From positions 1-55,238 of the forward strand of contig DASSQL010000367.1 in assembly GCA_035702525.1 (NCBI GenBank): a stretch of DNA of 55,238 bases, in the 5' to 3' direction. The translations under genes were made by a program, and so were the position numbers. Positions 1-11,451 of this stretch are shown piece by piece (the stretch's first letter is position 1; the number at the start of each line of letters is the position of its first letter). The notes under the pieces were generated by a model that worked only from the letters and a program-made list of their open reading frames with translations, was not told the DNA's origin and made no database searches. Source of the stretch: Ornithinibacter sp. GTDB taxonomy: Bacteria > Actinomycetota > Actinomycetes > Actinomycetales > Dermatophilaceae.

Positions 1-546
1 CCACGCGCCACGGGCCACACCGGGGCGGAGCGGGCCCTGCGGCCCCACCAGCAGCCGGATGCCGGTCGCGACGCGGGTGCCGCACCCCCCGGTCCCGGCG
101 TGGTCCGGTCCGGCCCCGCCGGCCCGAGCGCGGTCGCTGCAGCCGCAGCAGCCGGCGCGGCAGCCCAGGCCGACGGGCGCGACGACCTCGATGCGACCGC
201 ACGGCATCCGGCACCGCCCGCGCCGGCCCGACCGAAGCGCACCAACCCCGCCGACCGGCCGTGGCTCGACGTCGACGGCGAGCGCTACCCGCTGATGGGC
301 GCGATCACCATCCTCGGCCGCGACGACAGCGCCGACATCATCCTCGACGACCCCGGCATCTCGCGGCGGCACAGCGAGCTGCGGGTCACCACCGACGGCC
401 CGCACTTCGTGACCACGATCCGCGACCTCGGCTCGACGAACGGCACCTTCGTCAACGGCGAGCGGATCACCAGCGAGCACCTCGAGGACGGCGACCGGGT
501 CACCGTCGGTCGCACCTCGATCACCTTCCGCGGGGGCCGGAGGTGA
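1..546 (+). CDS. fhaA: FhaA-like FHA-domain protein, 5'-truncated by window edge
   Basis: Frame is open from base 1. C-terminal FHA motifs LGR...ISRRH...DLGSTNGTFVNG; first gene of the fhaA-fhaB-pstP-rodA-pbpA-pknB cluster. Confidence 0.85.
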   Translation, partial: PRATGHTGAERALRPHQQPDAGRDAGAAPPGPGVVRSGPAGPSAVAAAAAAGAAAQADGRDDLDATARHPAPPAPARPKRTNPADRPWLDVDGERYPLMGAITILGRDDSADIILDDPGISRRHSELRVTTDGPHFVTTIRDLGSTNGTFVNGERITSEHLEDGDRVTVGRTSITFRGGRR

Positions 547-553
547 CCCCGGC

Positions 554-1081
554 GTGCTGAGCGAGCTCACCCTGACCGTCATGCGGCTGGGGTTGCTGGT
601 GCTGATGTGGTTCTTCGTCTTCGCGGTGGTGGGCGTGCTCCGCGGCGACCTCTACGGCACCCGCGTCAAGCGCCGGTCCGCCGGCGGCGGCGGCAAGAAC
701 GGCAAGGCCGCCGCGCGCGGCGCCGCGCCCGCACCCCCCAGCGCCGCGCGGCCGGAGAAGAAGAACCGGGCCGCACGCGGCCGCAAGGGCCCCACCAAGC
801 TCACCGTCACGGCCGGGCCACTGGCCGGCACCACGCTGCCGCTGCGCCCTGCGGGCACCCTGATCGGCCGCAGCCCCGAGTGCGCCCTGGTGCTCGACGA
901 CGACTACGCGAGCGGCCGGCACGCGCGCATCTTCCAGGACGACGACGGCACGTGGAAGGTCGAGGACCTCCGCTCCACCAACGGCACCTTCCTCGGCGCG
1001 ACGCGCCTCACCGAGCCACGCGAGGTGGCGGTCGGCAGCGTGCTGCGGATCGGCCAGACCGTCGTGGAGCTGCAGAGGTAA
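554..1081 (+). CDS. fhaB: FhaB/FipA membrane-anchored FHA-domain protein
   Basis: N-terminal TM helix (LGLLVLMWFFVFAVVGVL), FHA motifs IGR, SGRHA, DLRSTNGT; synteny. Confidence 0.9.
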   Translation: MLSELTLTVMRLGLLVLMWFFVFAVVGVLRGDLYGTRVKRRSAGGGGKNGKAAARGAAPAPPSAARPEKKNRAARGRKGPTKLTVTAGPLAGTTLPLRPAGTLIGRSPECALVLDDDYASGRHARIFQDDDGTWKVEDLRSTNGTFLGATRLTEPREVAVGSVLRIGQTVVELQR

Positions 1082-1084
1082 CGG

Positions 1085-2509
1085 ATGCCCTTCGCGTTCC
1101 ACTACGCCGCCCGCTCGGACGTGGGCATGGTCCGGTCCAACAACGAGGACTCGGGGTATGCCGGCCCGCACCTGCTGGCCATGGCCGACGGCATGGGCGG
1201 CCACGCCGGCGGTGACGTCGCGAGCTCCACGGTGATCGGCGCCCTGGTGCGGCTCGACGGCGAGGCCCTCGGCGGCCGCGACGTCAGCCACGCCCTGCTC
1301 GACCGCATCCACCGCGCCAACACCGAGATCGGCGACCAGGTGCACGCCGACCCCAGCCTCGACGGCATGGGCACCACGCTCATCGCGATGCTCCGGGCCG
1401 GCGACAAGATCGTGCTCGCCCACATCGGCGACTCGCGCGCGTTCATGGTGCGCGACGGCGTGGTCACCCAGATCACCAAGGACCACTCGTTCGTGCAGAA
1501 CCTCGTCGACGAGGGGCGGATCAGCCCCGACGAGGCGCAGACCCACCCGCAGCGCTCGCTCGTCACCCGGGTGCTCACCGGCGCCGACGACGACGAGCCC
1601 GACCTCGTCGTGCGCCAGGGCCGCATCGGCGACCGCTACGTCATCTCCTCCGACGGCCTCACCGACTACGTCGCGCGCGACACCATCCACGAGGTGCTCA
1701 CGGCCACGGCCGACCCCGGCGAGACCGCCGACCGGCTGGTCGCCCTCGCGCTGCGGGCCGGGGCTCCCGACAACGTCACCGTCGTGGTCGGCGACCTCGT
1801 CGACATCGCCAGCCGGCCACCCACCCAGCCCCAGGTCGTCGGCGCCGCCGCCGCCCGCCAGACCGGCACCCGGCCGATCCCCACCACCCCGGCCGCCAAG
1901 GCCGCCGCGCTCACCGCGCAGGCCACCGCCGGGGCCGACACCGACGACGGGGTCACCCTGGCCGAGGAGGGGCCGCGCTCCGGGCGGGCCACCGTGCTGC
2001 GCCTGGCCGCGCTGCTCGTCGTGCTCGTCGTCGTGGTGGCCGGCAGCTCGTACGCCGTGTACGCGTGGTCCCAGCGCCAGTACTTCCTCGCCGCGCAGGA
2101 CGGCGTGGTCGCCGTGTTCCGCGGCGTCGAGCAGAACCTCGGCCCGATCTCGCTGTCGAACCCCGAGTACGCCACGACGATCGCCATCGACGACCTCCCG
2201 TCCTCGTACCAGGACAGCCTGAAGCAGGGCATCGAGGTCGACGACCGCGCCGCCGCCGACGTCCGGGTCTCCGAGCTGCGGCTGCAGGCGCAGGCCTGCC
2301 GGTGGGCCCAGCTCAACGGCGAGGTGTGCCGCACCGTGCCGTCGACCTGGACCGTGCCGACCCCCACGCCCAGCCCCAGCACGTCGCCCACCACCAGCGC
2401 GTCACCGGGTGCCACGCCGGGCGGCACCCCGAGCATCGCGCCCACCGTGGCGCCCACCGTCCCCCCGGCTCCGGCCCCCGCGGCCACGAGCTCACCGGTG
2501 ACCTCATGA
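1085..2509 (+). CDS. pstP: PP2C-family Ser/Thr phosphatase PstP
   Basis: RSNNED, ADGMGGH, MGTT, HIGDSR, SDGL, DNVT motifs; TM helix and Pro/Thr-rich extracellular tail. Confidence 0.95.
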   Translation: MPFAFHYAARSDVGMVRSNNEDSGYAGPHLLAMADGMGGHAGGDVASSTVIGALVRLDGEALGGRDVSHALLDRIHRANTEIGDQVHADPSLDGMGTTLIAMLRAGDKIVLAHIGDSRAFMVRDGVVTQITKDHSFVQNLVDEGRISPDEAQTHPQRSLVTRVLTGADDDEPDLVVRQGRIGDRYVISSDGLTDYVARDTIHEVLTATADPGETADRLVALALRAGAPDNVTVVVGDLVDIASRPPTQPQVVGAAAARQTGTRPIPTTPAAKAAALTAQATAGADTDDGVTLAEEGPRSGRATVLRLAALLVVLVVVVAGSSYAVYAWSQRQYFLAAQDGVVAVFRGVEQNLGPISLSNPEYATTIAIDDLPSSYQDSLKQGIEVDDRAAADVRVSELRLQAQACRWAQLNGEVCRTVPSTWTVPTPTPSPSTSPTTSASPGATPGGTPSIAPTVAPTVPPAPAPAATSSPVTS

Positions 2510-3888
2510 GCATCGTGTCGTCGTTCACGCCGAAGAAGGGCCGCAACGTCGAGCTGGCCCTCGTCGTCGGCGCCGTGGCCATCGTGCTGCTCGCCTACCT
2601 CAACGTCGAGCTCGCCGCCACGGGCACCATCCCACCCGGCACGCTCACCCTGGTCGGCGGCTACCTCGCGCTGGCCATCGGCTTCCACCTCGTGCTGCGC
2701 TGGCGGGCCTCGTACGCCGACCCGCTGATGCTGCCGATCATCACCCTGCTCAACGGCCTGGGCCTGGTGATGATCCACCGCATCGACATCGCGCACGGCA
2801 AGTCGATCGCCGACGGGGTGGCCCTGCGCCAGCTGATGTGGACCGCCGTCGCCATGGTCGTCGCGGCGGTCGTGCTCGTCGTGCTGCGCGACCACCGGGT
2901 GCTGCGGCGCTACACCTACCTCGCCGGCGCCATCGGGTTCGGCCTCCTGCTGCTGCCGCTGCTCCCGGTCATCGGCACGTCGATCTACGGCTCGCGGATC
3001 TGGATCCAGATCGGCCCGTTCTCGTTCCAGCCCGGTGAGATCGCCAAGATCGCGCTCGCCATCTTCTTCGCCGGGTACCTCGTGCAGACCCGCGACGCGC
3101 TGTCCGTCGCCGGGCGCAAGGTGCTCGGCCTCACCCTGCCCCGGGCCCGCGACCTCGGCCCGATCCTCGTCGCCTGGCTGGCCAGCCTGGCCGTGCTGAT
3201 CTTCGAGCGCGACCTCGGCTCCTCGCTGCTGTTCTTCGGCCTGTTCGTCGCGATGCTCTACGTCGCCACCGAGCGGGTGTCCTGGATCGTCATCGGCATG
3301 ACGCTGTTCTGCGTCGGCGCCTACGTCGCCTACCTCGCCTTCGGCCACGTGCAGACCCGCGTGCTGCTCTGGCTCGACACGTTCAGCCCGGAGGCGCTGC
3401 AGGCCTCCGACCAGCTCGCCAAGGGCCTGATGGGGATGGCGTCCGGCGGCATGTTCGGCACCGGCCTGGGCCGGGGGCGCCCCGACCTCACCTACTTCGC
3501 GGAGTCCGACTTCATCATCCCGAGCTTCGGCGAGGAGATCGGGCTGATCGGCCTGTTCGCGATCTTCATGCTCTACGCCCTGCTGGTGCAGCGGGGCCTG
3601 CGCACCTCGCTCGGCACCCGTGACGGGTTCGGCAAGCTGCTCGCGGCCGGCCTGTCCTTCTCCGTGGCGCTGCAGTGCTTCGTCGTCGTCGGCGGCGTCA
3701 CCCGGGTCATCCCGCTCACCGGCCTGACCATGCCGTTCCTGTCGTCCGGCGGCTCCTCGCTGCTCGCGAACTGGACGCTGGTCGCCATCCTGCTGCGCAT
3801 CTCCGACCACGCCCGCCGCCCGCTCCCCGAGGTGAACGCGCCCAGCGCCGTCGCGGAGGCCCGCACCGAGGTGGTGAGGCTGCGATGA
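2506..3888 (+). CDS. rodA: FtsW/RodA/SpoVE family SEDS glycosyltransferase
   Basis: Start trimmed to ATG 2506 (ATGA overlap with pstP stop). FQPGEIAK, DLGS, ESDFI, PLTGLTMPFLSSGGSSL motifs; many TM helices. Confidence 0.95.
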   Translation: MSIVSSFTPKKGRNVELALVVGAVAIVLLAYLNVELAATGTIPPGTLTLVGGYLALAIGFHLVLRWRASYADPLMLPIITLLNGLGLVMIHRIDIAHGKSIADGVALRQLMWTAVAMVVAAVVLVVLRDHRVLRRYTYLAGAIGFGLLLLPLLPVIGTSIYGSRIWIQIGPFSFQPGEIAKIALAIFFAGYLVQTRDALSVAGRKVLGLTLPRARDLGPILVAWLASLAVLIFERDLGSSLLFFGLFVAMLYVATERVSWIVIGMTLFCVGAYVAYLAFGHVQTRVLLWLDTFSPEALQASDQLAKGLMGMASGGMFGTGLGRGRPDLTYFAESDFIIPSFGEEIGLIGLFAIFMLYALLVQRGLRTSLGTRDGFGKLLAAGLSFSVALQCFVVVGGVTRVIPLTGLTMPFLSSGGSSLLANWTLVAILLRISDHARRPLPEVNAPSAVAEARTEVVRLR

Positions 3889-5336
3889 ACGCCCCCGTCC
3901 GCCGCCTCTCGATCGTCGTGGCCGTGCTGTTCGCCTCGCTCCTGGTGTCGACCACGCTCATCCAGTACGTCTTCGCGGCCGACCTCAACGCCCGCCCCGA
4001 CAACCGCCGAACCCTGCTGTCGACCTTCGCCCGCGAGCGCGGCGAGATCCTCGTCGGCCAGACCGCCGTCGCCAAGTCGGTGCCGGTCGACGACGAGTAC
4101 AAGTACCAGCGGGTCTACGACGAGGGCAAGCTCTACGCCCACGTCACCGGCTCCTACTCGTTCTTCGGGGCCTCCGGCGGCCTCGAGCAGGCCGAGAACT
4201 CGCTGCTGTCCGGGTCGAGCGACAAGCTGTTCTACCGTCGGGTGTCCGACCTGTTCACCGGGCGGCGCGCGCAGGGCGCCAACGTCGAGACCACCCTCGA
4301 CCCCAAGGTGCAGGCGGCCGCCGCCGACGGCCTCAAGGGCATCAAGGGTGCCGCGGTGGCGCTCGACCCGAAGAGCGGCGCGATCCTGGCGATGGTCAGC
4401 AACCCCACGTACGACCCCAACGACCTCGCCAGCCACGACCTGCGCGAGGTCGAGAAGAACTCCACCGCGCTGAACAAGGACCCCGGCAAGCCGCTGCTCA
4501 ACCGCTCGATCAACGAGCTGTACCCGCCGGGCTCGGTCTTCAAGGTCGTCACGGCGGCCGCGGCGCTGTCGACGGGCGAGTACACCGAGAACTCGGTGCT
4601 CCCCGGCCCGGCGGTGCTCGACCTGCCCGACACCTCGGCCGACCTGCCCAACCACGACGACCGGGCCTGCTCGCCCAGCGGTGAGGTCACGATGACCGAG
4701 GCGCTGGCGGTGTCGTGCAACACGGCCTTCGCCTACCTCGGGATGCAGATCGGTGCCGACGCGCTGCAGTCGCAGGCCGCGAAGTTCGGCTTCGGCGACG
4801 CCCTCTCGGTACCGATGCGGGTCACCCCCAGCAGCGTCCCCGGCGAGCTGAACAAGCCGCAGCTGGCGCAGAGCTCGATCGGCCAGTACGACGTGCAGGT
4901 GACCCCGCTGCAGATGGCGATGGTCGCCTCCGGGGTCGCCAACCGCGGTGTCGTCATGAAGCCCTACCTCGTGGAGTCGGTCATCGGCTCCGACCTGTCG
5001 GTCATCGAGTCGGCCGACCCGCAGGAGCTCTCGCAGGCGGTGACCCCCGAGGTCGCCGCGCAGCTCACCCGGATGATGGAGGCCGTCGTCGAGGACGGCA
5101 CCGGCACCAAGGCCCAGATCGACGGCGTCGCCGTCGCGGGTAAGACCGGCACCGCGCAGCACGGCGAGGGCCGCAAGGCGCACGCCTGGTTCATCTCGTT
5201 CGCCCCGGCGAACGACCCGAAGATCGCGGTCGCCGTCATCGCCGAGGACGGCGGTGTCGCGGGTAGCGAAGCCGGCGGCGGCACGGTCGCAGCCCCGATC
5301 GCCAAGCAGATGATGGAAGCACGGTTGAACCGATGA
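3885..5336 (+). CDS. pbpA: Class B penicillin-binding protein PbpA
   Basis: Start ATG 3885 (ATGA overlap). Transpeptidase motifs SVFK (SxxK), SCN (SxN), KTG. Confidence 0.95.
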   Translation: MNAPVRRLSIVVAVLFASLLVSTTLIQYVFAADLNARPDNRRTLLSTFARERGEILVGQTAVAKSVPVDDEYKYQRVYDEGKLYAHVTGSYSFFGASGGLEQAENSLLSGSSDKLFYRRVSDLFTGRRAQGANVETTLDPKVQAAAADGLKGIKGAAVALDPKSGAILAMVSNPTYDPNDLASHDLREVEKNSTALNKDPGKPLLNRSINELYPPGSVFKVVTAAAALSTGEYTENSVLPGPAVLDLPDTSADLPNHDDRACSPSGEVTMTEALAVSCNTAFAYLGMQIGADALQSQAAKFGFGDALSVPMRVTPSSVPGELNKPQLAQSSIGQYDVQVTPLQMAMVASGVANRGVVMKPYLVESVIGSDLSVIESADPQELSQAVTPEVAAQLTRMMEAVVEDGTGTKAQIDGVAVAGKTGTAQHGEGRKAHAWFISFAPANDPKIAVAVIAEDGGVAGSEAGGGTVAAPIAKQMMEARLNR

Positions 5337-5348
5337 GGAGAGCACAGC

Positions 5349-7169
<1,821 letters not shown>

Positions 7170-7182
7170 CGACCACGCCGGG

Positions 7183-7839
7183 TCAGCCGGCGGCGACCAT
7201 CCGGGCGACGCCGGCGGCGTCGTGCACGAGCGGGCTCAGGCCCGCCGAGCGGGCGACGGCATCCGGCATCCCGCACAGCTGGAGCCAGTTGGCGAGCATC
7301 CGGTGGCCGCCGTGGGTGAGCACCGACTCCGGGTGGAACTGCACGCCGTGCAGCGGCAGGCTCGCGTGCCGCACGGCCATGATGATGCCGCTCTCGGTGC
7401 GGCCGTTGGCCAGCAGCTTTTCGGGCAGCGTGGCCGGCTCGATGGTCAGGGAGTGGTAGCGGGTCGCGGTGAACGGGTCGGGCGCGCCCTCGAGCACCCC
7501 GGTGCCGTCGTGGTGCACCTGCGAGGTCTTGCCGTGCAGCAGCTCGGGCGCCCGCCCCACGGTCGCGCCGAGCACGACCCCGAGCGCCTGGTGGCCGAGG
7601 CACACCCCGAGCATCGGCTGCTCCCGCTCGGCGCACGCCTCGATCATCGCCATCGAGACCCCGGCCTCCTCGGGCGTGCCGGGGCCGGGTGACACGAGCA
7701 CCCCGTCGAACTCGGCACCGTCGGCCGGGGCGACCGCGTCGTTGCGCACGACCTCGCACTCGGCGCCGAGCTGCTCGAGGTAGCCGACGATCGTGAAGAC
7801 GAAGCTGTCGTAGTTGTCGACGACGAGGATGCGGGTCAT
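7183..7839 (-). CDS. trpG: Aminodeoxychorismate/anthranilate synthase component II (class I glutamine amidotransferase)
   Basis: DNYDSF, SPGPG, GVCLGHQ, RYHSL, GVQFHPE; conserved position convergent on pknB. Confidence 0.95.
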   Translation of the reverse strand: MTRILVVDNYDSFVFTIVGYLEQLGAECEVVRNDAVAPADGAEFDGVLVSPGPGTPEEAGVSMAMIEACAEREQPMLGVCLGHQALGVVLGATVGRAPELLHGKTSQVHHDGTGVLEGAPDPFTATRYHSLTIEPATLPEKLLANGRTESGIIMAVRHASLPLHGVQFHPESVLTHGGHRMLANWLQLCGMPDAVARSAGLSPLVHDAAGVARMVAAG

Positions 7840-7863
7840 GGCGTCAATGGTGCACCGTCGCCG

Positions 7864-8022
7864 TCACGGGCCGACGGTCGAGTCCGTGAACGGCAGCAGC
7901 GGGCTCACCGCCGGGAACACCCAGGTGAAGCAGACGGCCACGACGAGCAGGGCCAACACGAGGCACTGCACGGCCTTGACCCAGCGCGGGCCGGGCAGGT
8001 GGCGCCACAACGCGGCATACAC
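7864..8022 (-). CDS. Small 52-aa membrane protein (MYAALWRHLPGPRWVKAVQCLVLALLVVAVCFTWVFPAVSPLLPFTDSTVGP)
   Basis: Translated by hand: GTG at 8022, TGA at 7864-7866. One hydrophobic helix; fills the gap between sortase and trpG. Not in the ORF track (under 60 aa). Confidence 0.8.
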   Translation of the reverse strand: MYAALWRHLPGPRWVKAVQCLVLALLVVAVCFTWVFPAVSPLLPFTDSTVGP

Positions 8023-8025
8023 GGG

Positions 8026-8712
8026 TCAGCCCTTCGTCGGGGGAGTGAGCCAGCGGGACGGCACCCACTGGGCGCGCGGGATCGCCTCGACCAGGCGGCC
8101 GTGCACGACGAACCGCTGGGTGGCGCTGTACTTCGGGTGGCACGACGTCATCGTGATCAGCGCCTCGGTGGGGGTGCCCTTCGGGTCGCCGGGCACGGGG
8201 TCGATGACCTCGACGTCGCCGGGGCGCACGATCTCGCGCGAGGTCACCTCGTAGACGTACACCTCGGCCGCGGTCTCGACGACCACCCGGTCGCCGTCGA
8301 CGAGCTGGTCGACGTCGTGGAAGGGACGCCCGTAGGTGGTGCGGTGCCCGGCGACAGCGAAGTTGCCGACCTGCCCCGGCCCCGCCGTGCCGACGTAGTG
8401 TCCGACGCCCAGGGCCAGCACGGGGCGGCCGGTTCCCTCGATGACCGGGCGCACGAAGTCGCTCCCGAAGCGCGGGATGCGCACGACCGCGAACGCGCCG
8501 TCCTTGCCGATCGCGGCGGGGATGCCGTTGTCGCCCACTGGTCCCGGGGTACCGCGGGCGAAGTCGTCCTCGAGGGTCTGCACGATCTGGGCCTGGGCCC
8601 GGTCGGCGACGACGTCGGTCCACCACAGCTGCCAGGCGGCGAAGAGCAGCAGCAGCACGCCCAAGGTCACGAGCAGCTCGCCGGACCAGCCGACGACGCG
8701 GCGCACCCTCAC
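8026..8712 (-). CDS. Class E sortase
   Basis: N-terminal TM; GNFAVAGHR (His), ITMTSCHPKYS (TLxTC-like Cys) and downstream Arg. Confidence 0.9.
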   Translation of the reverse strand: MRVRRVVGWSGELLVTLGVLLLLFAAWQLWWTDVVADRAQAQIVQTLEDDFARGTPGPVGDNGIPAAIGKDGAFAVVRIPRFGSDFVRPVIEGTGRPVLALGVGHYVGTAGPGQVGNFAVAGHRTTYGRPFHDVDQLVDGDRVVVETAAEVYVYEVTSREIVRPGDVEVIDPVPGDPKGTPTEALITMTSCHPKYSATQRFVVHGRLVEAIPRAQWVPSRWLTPPTKG

Positions 8713-9470
8713 GAGGCGGGGACTACGGCGTGCTCCGGCACGATCGAGCCGCTGTAGGCCGGGAAGGTCTGCTGCCCGACGTTCTTCACGTCGTAGCCGA
8801 GCCCGACCGCGATCGACCAGTCACGCAGGTTGGCGACGGCCGGGTCGGTGTCGAGCGAGGCCCGCATGGCGTCACGGTCACCGATCGCGGTGATGACGTA
8901 GGGCGGTGAGTACACCCGCCCCTGCAGGATGAGGGTGTTGCCGACGCACCGCACGGCGCTGGTCGAGACCACCCGCTGGTCCTGGAGCATCATCGCCTCG
9001 GCGCCGCCCTTCCACAGCGCGTTGACGACCGACTGCACGTCCTGCTGGTGGATGACGTAGTCGTCGGGGTCGGCGCCGGCCGGCACCTCGCCCCCGGCGA
9101 GCTTGGCGTCGTCGAGGGTGACCCGCAGCGCCGGGCCGCGCACCCCGGTGCGGCCGGCCGCGGTGGCGATCTCGTTGGCCTGGCGCTCGAGCTTCTGGGT
9201 CTGCAGGTCGCCCGGGGCGAGCGCCGCGGTGGCCTCGTCGACCTGGCCCTGCAGGTCGTTGAGGTCGGAGGCCCGCGTCTCGTTGGTGCGGTTCTGGGCC
9301 CGGATCAGGTCGGGCAGCTGCGCCTGGTCGGTGCGCAGGTCCTCGCCCTGCGAGGCACGCACGCTGGAGGCGAACAGGGTGCCGGCGACGAGCGCCGCGA
9401 CGGGCACCAGCCAGGGCCACGGGGAGGGACGGTTCACCCGTCCCGCGTGTGTGCCGGCCACCGTGACCAC
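8709..9470 (-). CDS. DUF881 family membrane protein
   Basis: GPALRVTLDDA, HQQDVQSVVNALWKGGAEAM, RCVGNT, YSPPYVITAIGD; divergent from crgA. Start uncertain. Confidence 0.85.
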   Translation of the reverse strand: MVTVAGTHAGRVNRPSPWPWLVPVAALVAGTLFASSVRASQGEDLRTDQAQLPDLIRAQNRTNETRASDLNDLQGQVDEATAALAPGDLQTQKLERQANEIATAAGRTGVRGPALRVTLDDAKLAGGEVPAGADPDDYVIHQQDVQSVVNALWKGGAEAMMLQDQRVVSTSAVRCVGNTLILQGRVYSPPYVITAIGDRDAMRASLDTDPAVANLRDWSIAVGLGYDVKNVGQQTFPAYSGSIVPEHAVVPAS

Positions 9471-9532
9471 CTCCGTTCCTCTGACACCGTCTACGCTAGG
9501 CCAACACCATCAACGCCACGAGGAGACCGTTC

Positions 9533-9784
9533 GTGCCCGAGTCAAAGGGTCGCTCCAAACCCGCATACACCCCGCCGCGCACGGCGCAGAAGAACACGAC
9601 GCCGAACGCGCGCTGGTTCGTGCCCGTCATGCTCGGCCTCATGGTGGTCGGCCTGCTCTGGGTCGTCACCTACTACATCTCCGGTTCCGCCCAGTACCCG
9701 GTGCCCGCCCTGGGCCGGTGGAACCTCGGTGTCGGCTTCGGCCTGATGCTCTCCGGCTTCCTGATGACCACCCGCTGGCGCTGA
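9533..9784 (+). CDS. crgA: Cell division protein CrgA
   Basis: MPESKGR start, two TM helices, WN motif, ends MTTRWR; RBS GAGGAG upstream. Confidence 0.95.
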   Translation: MPESKGRSKPAYTPPRTAQKNTTPNARWFVPVMLGLMVVGLLWVVTYYISGSAQYPVPALGRWNLGVGFGLMLSGFLMTTRWR

Positions 9785-9804
9785 GCGAGCGTCCCACCCC
9801 GAAG

Positions 9805-9857
9805 TTATCCACAGGGGTTGTCCCCACTGGGGATGAATGACACGCGTGTAATCCACA
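9805..9857. promoter_or_regulatory. Cluster of four DnaA boxes
   Basis: TTATCCACA (9805-9813, perfect), TTGTCCCCA (9818-9826), TCATCCCCA on minus strand (9828-9836), TAATCCACA (9849-9857), all within an 83-bp convergent intergenic gap. Confidence 0.8.
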
Positions 9858-9867
9858 GCCCCGGGCC

Positions 9868-10767
9868 TCAGCCGGCCAGGGCGTACTTCCCGAGGGTCAG
9901 CACGACGAGCACGATGAGGATGCCGCCCATCGAGACCCAGTGCACCCGGGTGTCGGGTGCGGGCTCCAGCGGGCCCCGGTTCCGGCCGGTGTAGGCGATC
10001 GCCGCGGCCACGGCCGCCCCGGTGAGCAGCCCACCGAGGTGGGCCTGCCAGGCGATGCCCGGGATGACGAACCCGATGACGGCGTTGACGCCGATGATCA
10101 CGTACATGCCGGCCGACGACCGGCCGAGCCGGCGCTGCAGCACGAGGAACGCCCCGAACAGGCCGAACACGGCGCCGGAGGCACCCACCGCACCGGTGCG
10201 CCACATCCCGTAGTTACCGCCGGCGGCGTCGGCCACCGTCGTCGGCACCGAGAGCAGCAGGTACATGACCGAGCCGCCGAGGGCGCTGAGCAGGTAGATG
10301 GCGACGAACCGGGCCCGCCCGAGCATCGGCTCGAGGTAGCTGCCCATGACCCACAGCGCGTACATGTTGAACGCGATGTGGGTGATGCCGCCGTGGGCGA
10401 AGGCCGAGGTGAGGAAGCGCCACGGCTCGGACCGGCCCAGGATCGGCACGAAGGCGATCGTGTCCTGCAGGCCCGGCACGACGTACTGCGCGACGAAGAC
10501 CACCAGGCAGATGCCGATCAGGGTCATCGTCGCGACGGGTCGCCCGTCGGTGACCGAGCCGCCGAAGACGGTGCGCGCCTGGCGCACCGTCTTCGCGCCC
10601 TCGGCCACGCAGTCGACGCACTGGATGCCGACCGCGGCCGGCCGCTGGCACTCCGGGCAGGTCGGCCTCATGCACCGCTGGCAGCGCACGTACGACTCTC
10701 GGTCGGGGTGCCGCGGGCACACGGGAACCGGCGCGACGGCATCCGGGTAGGACGGTTGCTCACTCAC
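9868..10767 (-). CDS. Rhomboid family intramembrane serine protease with N-terminal Cys/His zinc-finger-like domain
   Basis: CPRHP...CQRC...CPEC...CVDC; WR, HIAFN, GASG (catalytic Ser), AHLGG (catalytic His). Confidence 0.92.
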   Translation of the reverse strand: MSEQPSYPDAVAPVPVCPRHPDRESYVRCQRCMRPTCPECQRPAAVGIQCVDCVAEGAKTVRQARTVFGGSVTDGRPVATMTLIGICLVVFVAQYVVPGLQDTIAFVPILGRSEPWRFLTSAFAHGGITHIAFNMYALWVMGSYLEPMLGRARFVAIYLLSALGGSVMYLLLSVPTTVADAAGGNYGMWRTGAVGASGAVFGLFGAFLVLQRRLGRSSAGMYVIIGVNAVIGFVIPGIAWQAHLGGLLTGAAVAAAIAYTGRNRGPLEPAPDTRVHWVSMGGILIVLVVLTLGKYALAG

Positions 10768-10808
10768 GCCGTGTACCCGTTCCTCGTCGCTGGGCCCGCG
10801 AGTGCGGG

Positions 10809-11327
10809 TCAGTCCTCGATCTCGACGCGCTCGATGACGACGTCGTCGAGCGGCTTGTCCATCGAGCCGGTGGGCACGGCGGCGATTGTGTCGACGACCT
10901 CGCGGCTCGGGCCGTCGGCGACCTCACCGAAGATGGTGTGCTTGCCGTTGAGCCACGAGGTGGCTCCGACGGTGATGAAGAACTGCGAGCCGTTGGTGCC
11001 CTTGCCCATCCGCTTGCCGGCGTTGGCCATGGCGAGCAGGTAGGGGCGGTCGAACTGCTTGTCGGGGTGGATCTCGTCGTCGAACGCGTAGCCCGGGCCA
11101 CCCATGCCGCGACCGAGCGGGCAGCCGCCCTGGATCATGAAGCCGGGGATGATCCGGTGGAAGACCAGACCGTCGTAGAACTTGGTCGGGTTGGTGCGGC
11201 CGGCGTCGTCCTTGTACTGCTTGGTGCCGGTGGCGAGACCGGTGAAGTTGGCGACGGTCTTGGGGGCCTCGTTCGGGAACAGCTCGACGACGATGGGCCC
11301 GTGGTTGGTGTGCAGAGTTGCCTTCAT
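10809..11327 (-). CDS. ppiA: Cyclophilin-type peptidyl-prolyl cis-trans isomerase
   Basis: Start trimmed to ATG 11327 (MKATLHTNHG). FHRIIPGFMIQGG, LAMANAG, TNGSQFFIT, WLNGKHTIFG. Confidence 0.95.
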   Translation of the reverse strand: MKATLHTNHGPIVVELFPNEAPKTVANFTGLATGTKQYKDDAGRTNPTKFYDGLVFHRIIPGFMIQGGCPLGRGMGGPGYAFDDEIHPDKQFDRPYLLAMANAGKRMGKGTNGSQFFITVGATSWLNGKHTIFGEVADGPSREVVDTIAAVPTGSMDKPLDDVVIERVEIED

Positions 11328-11451
11328 GCCGTCGATCCTCTCATGTGCCGCGGGAGGTCCCGCCTCGTGATCCCGCCGACCCCGGAGCGCGTGGAACAGC
11401 GCAAACAGGGCAGGATGGGAGCAAGACCAACGTCCAACACGAGGAGGACAC

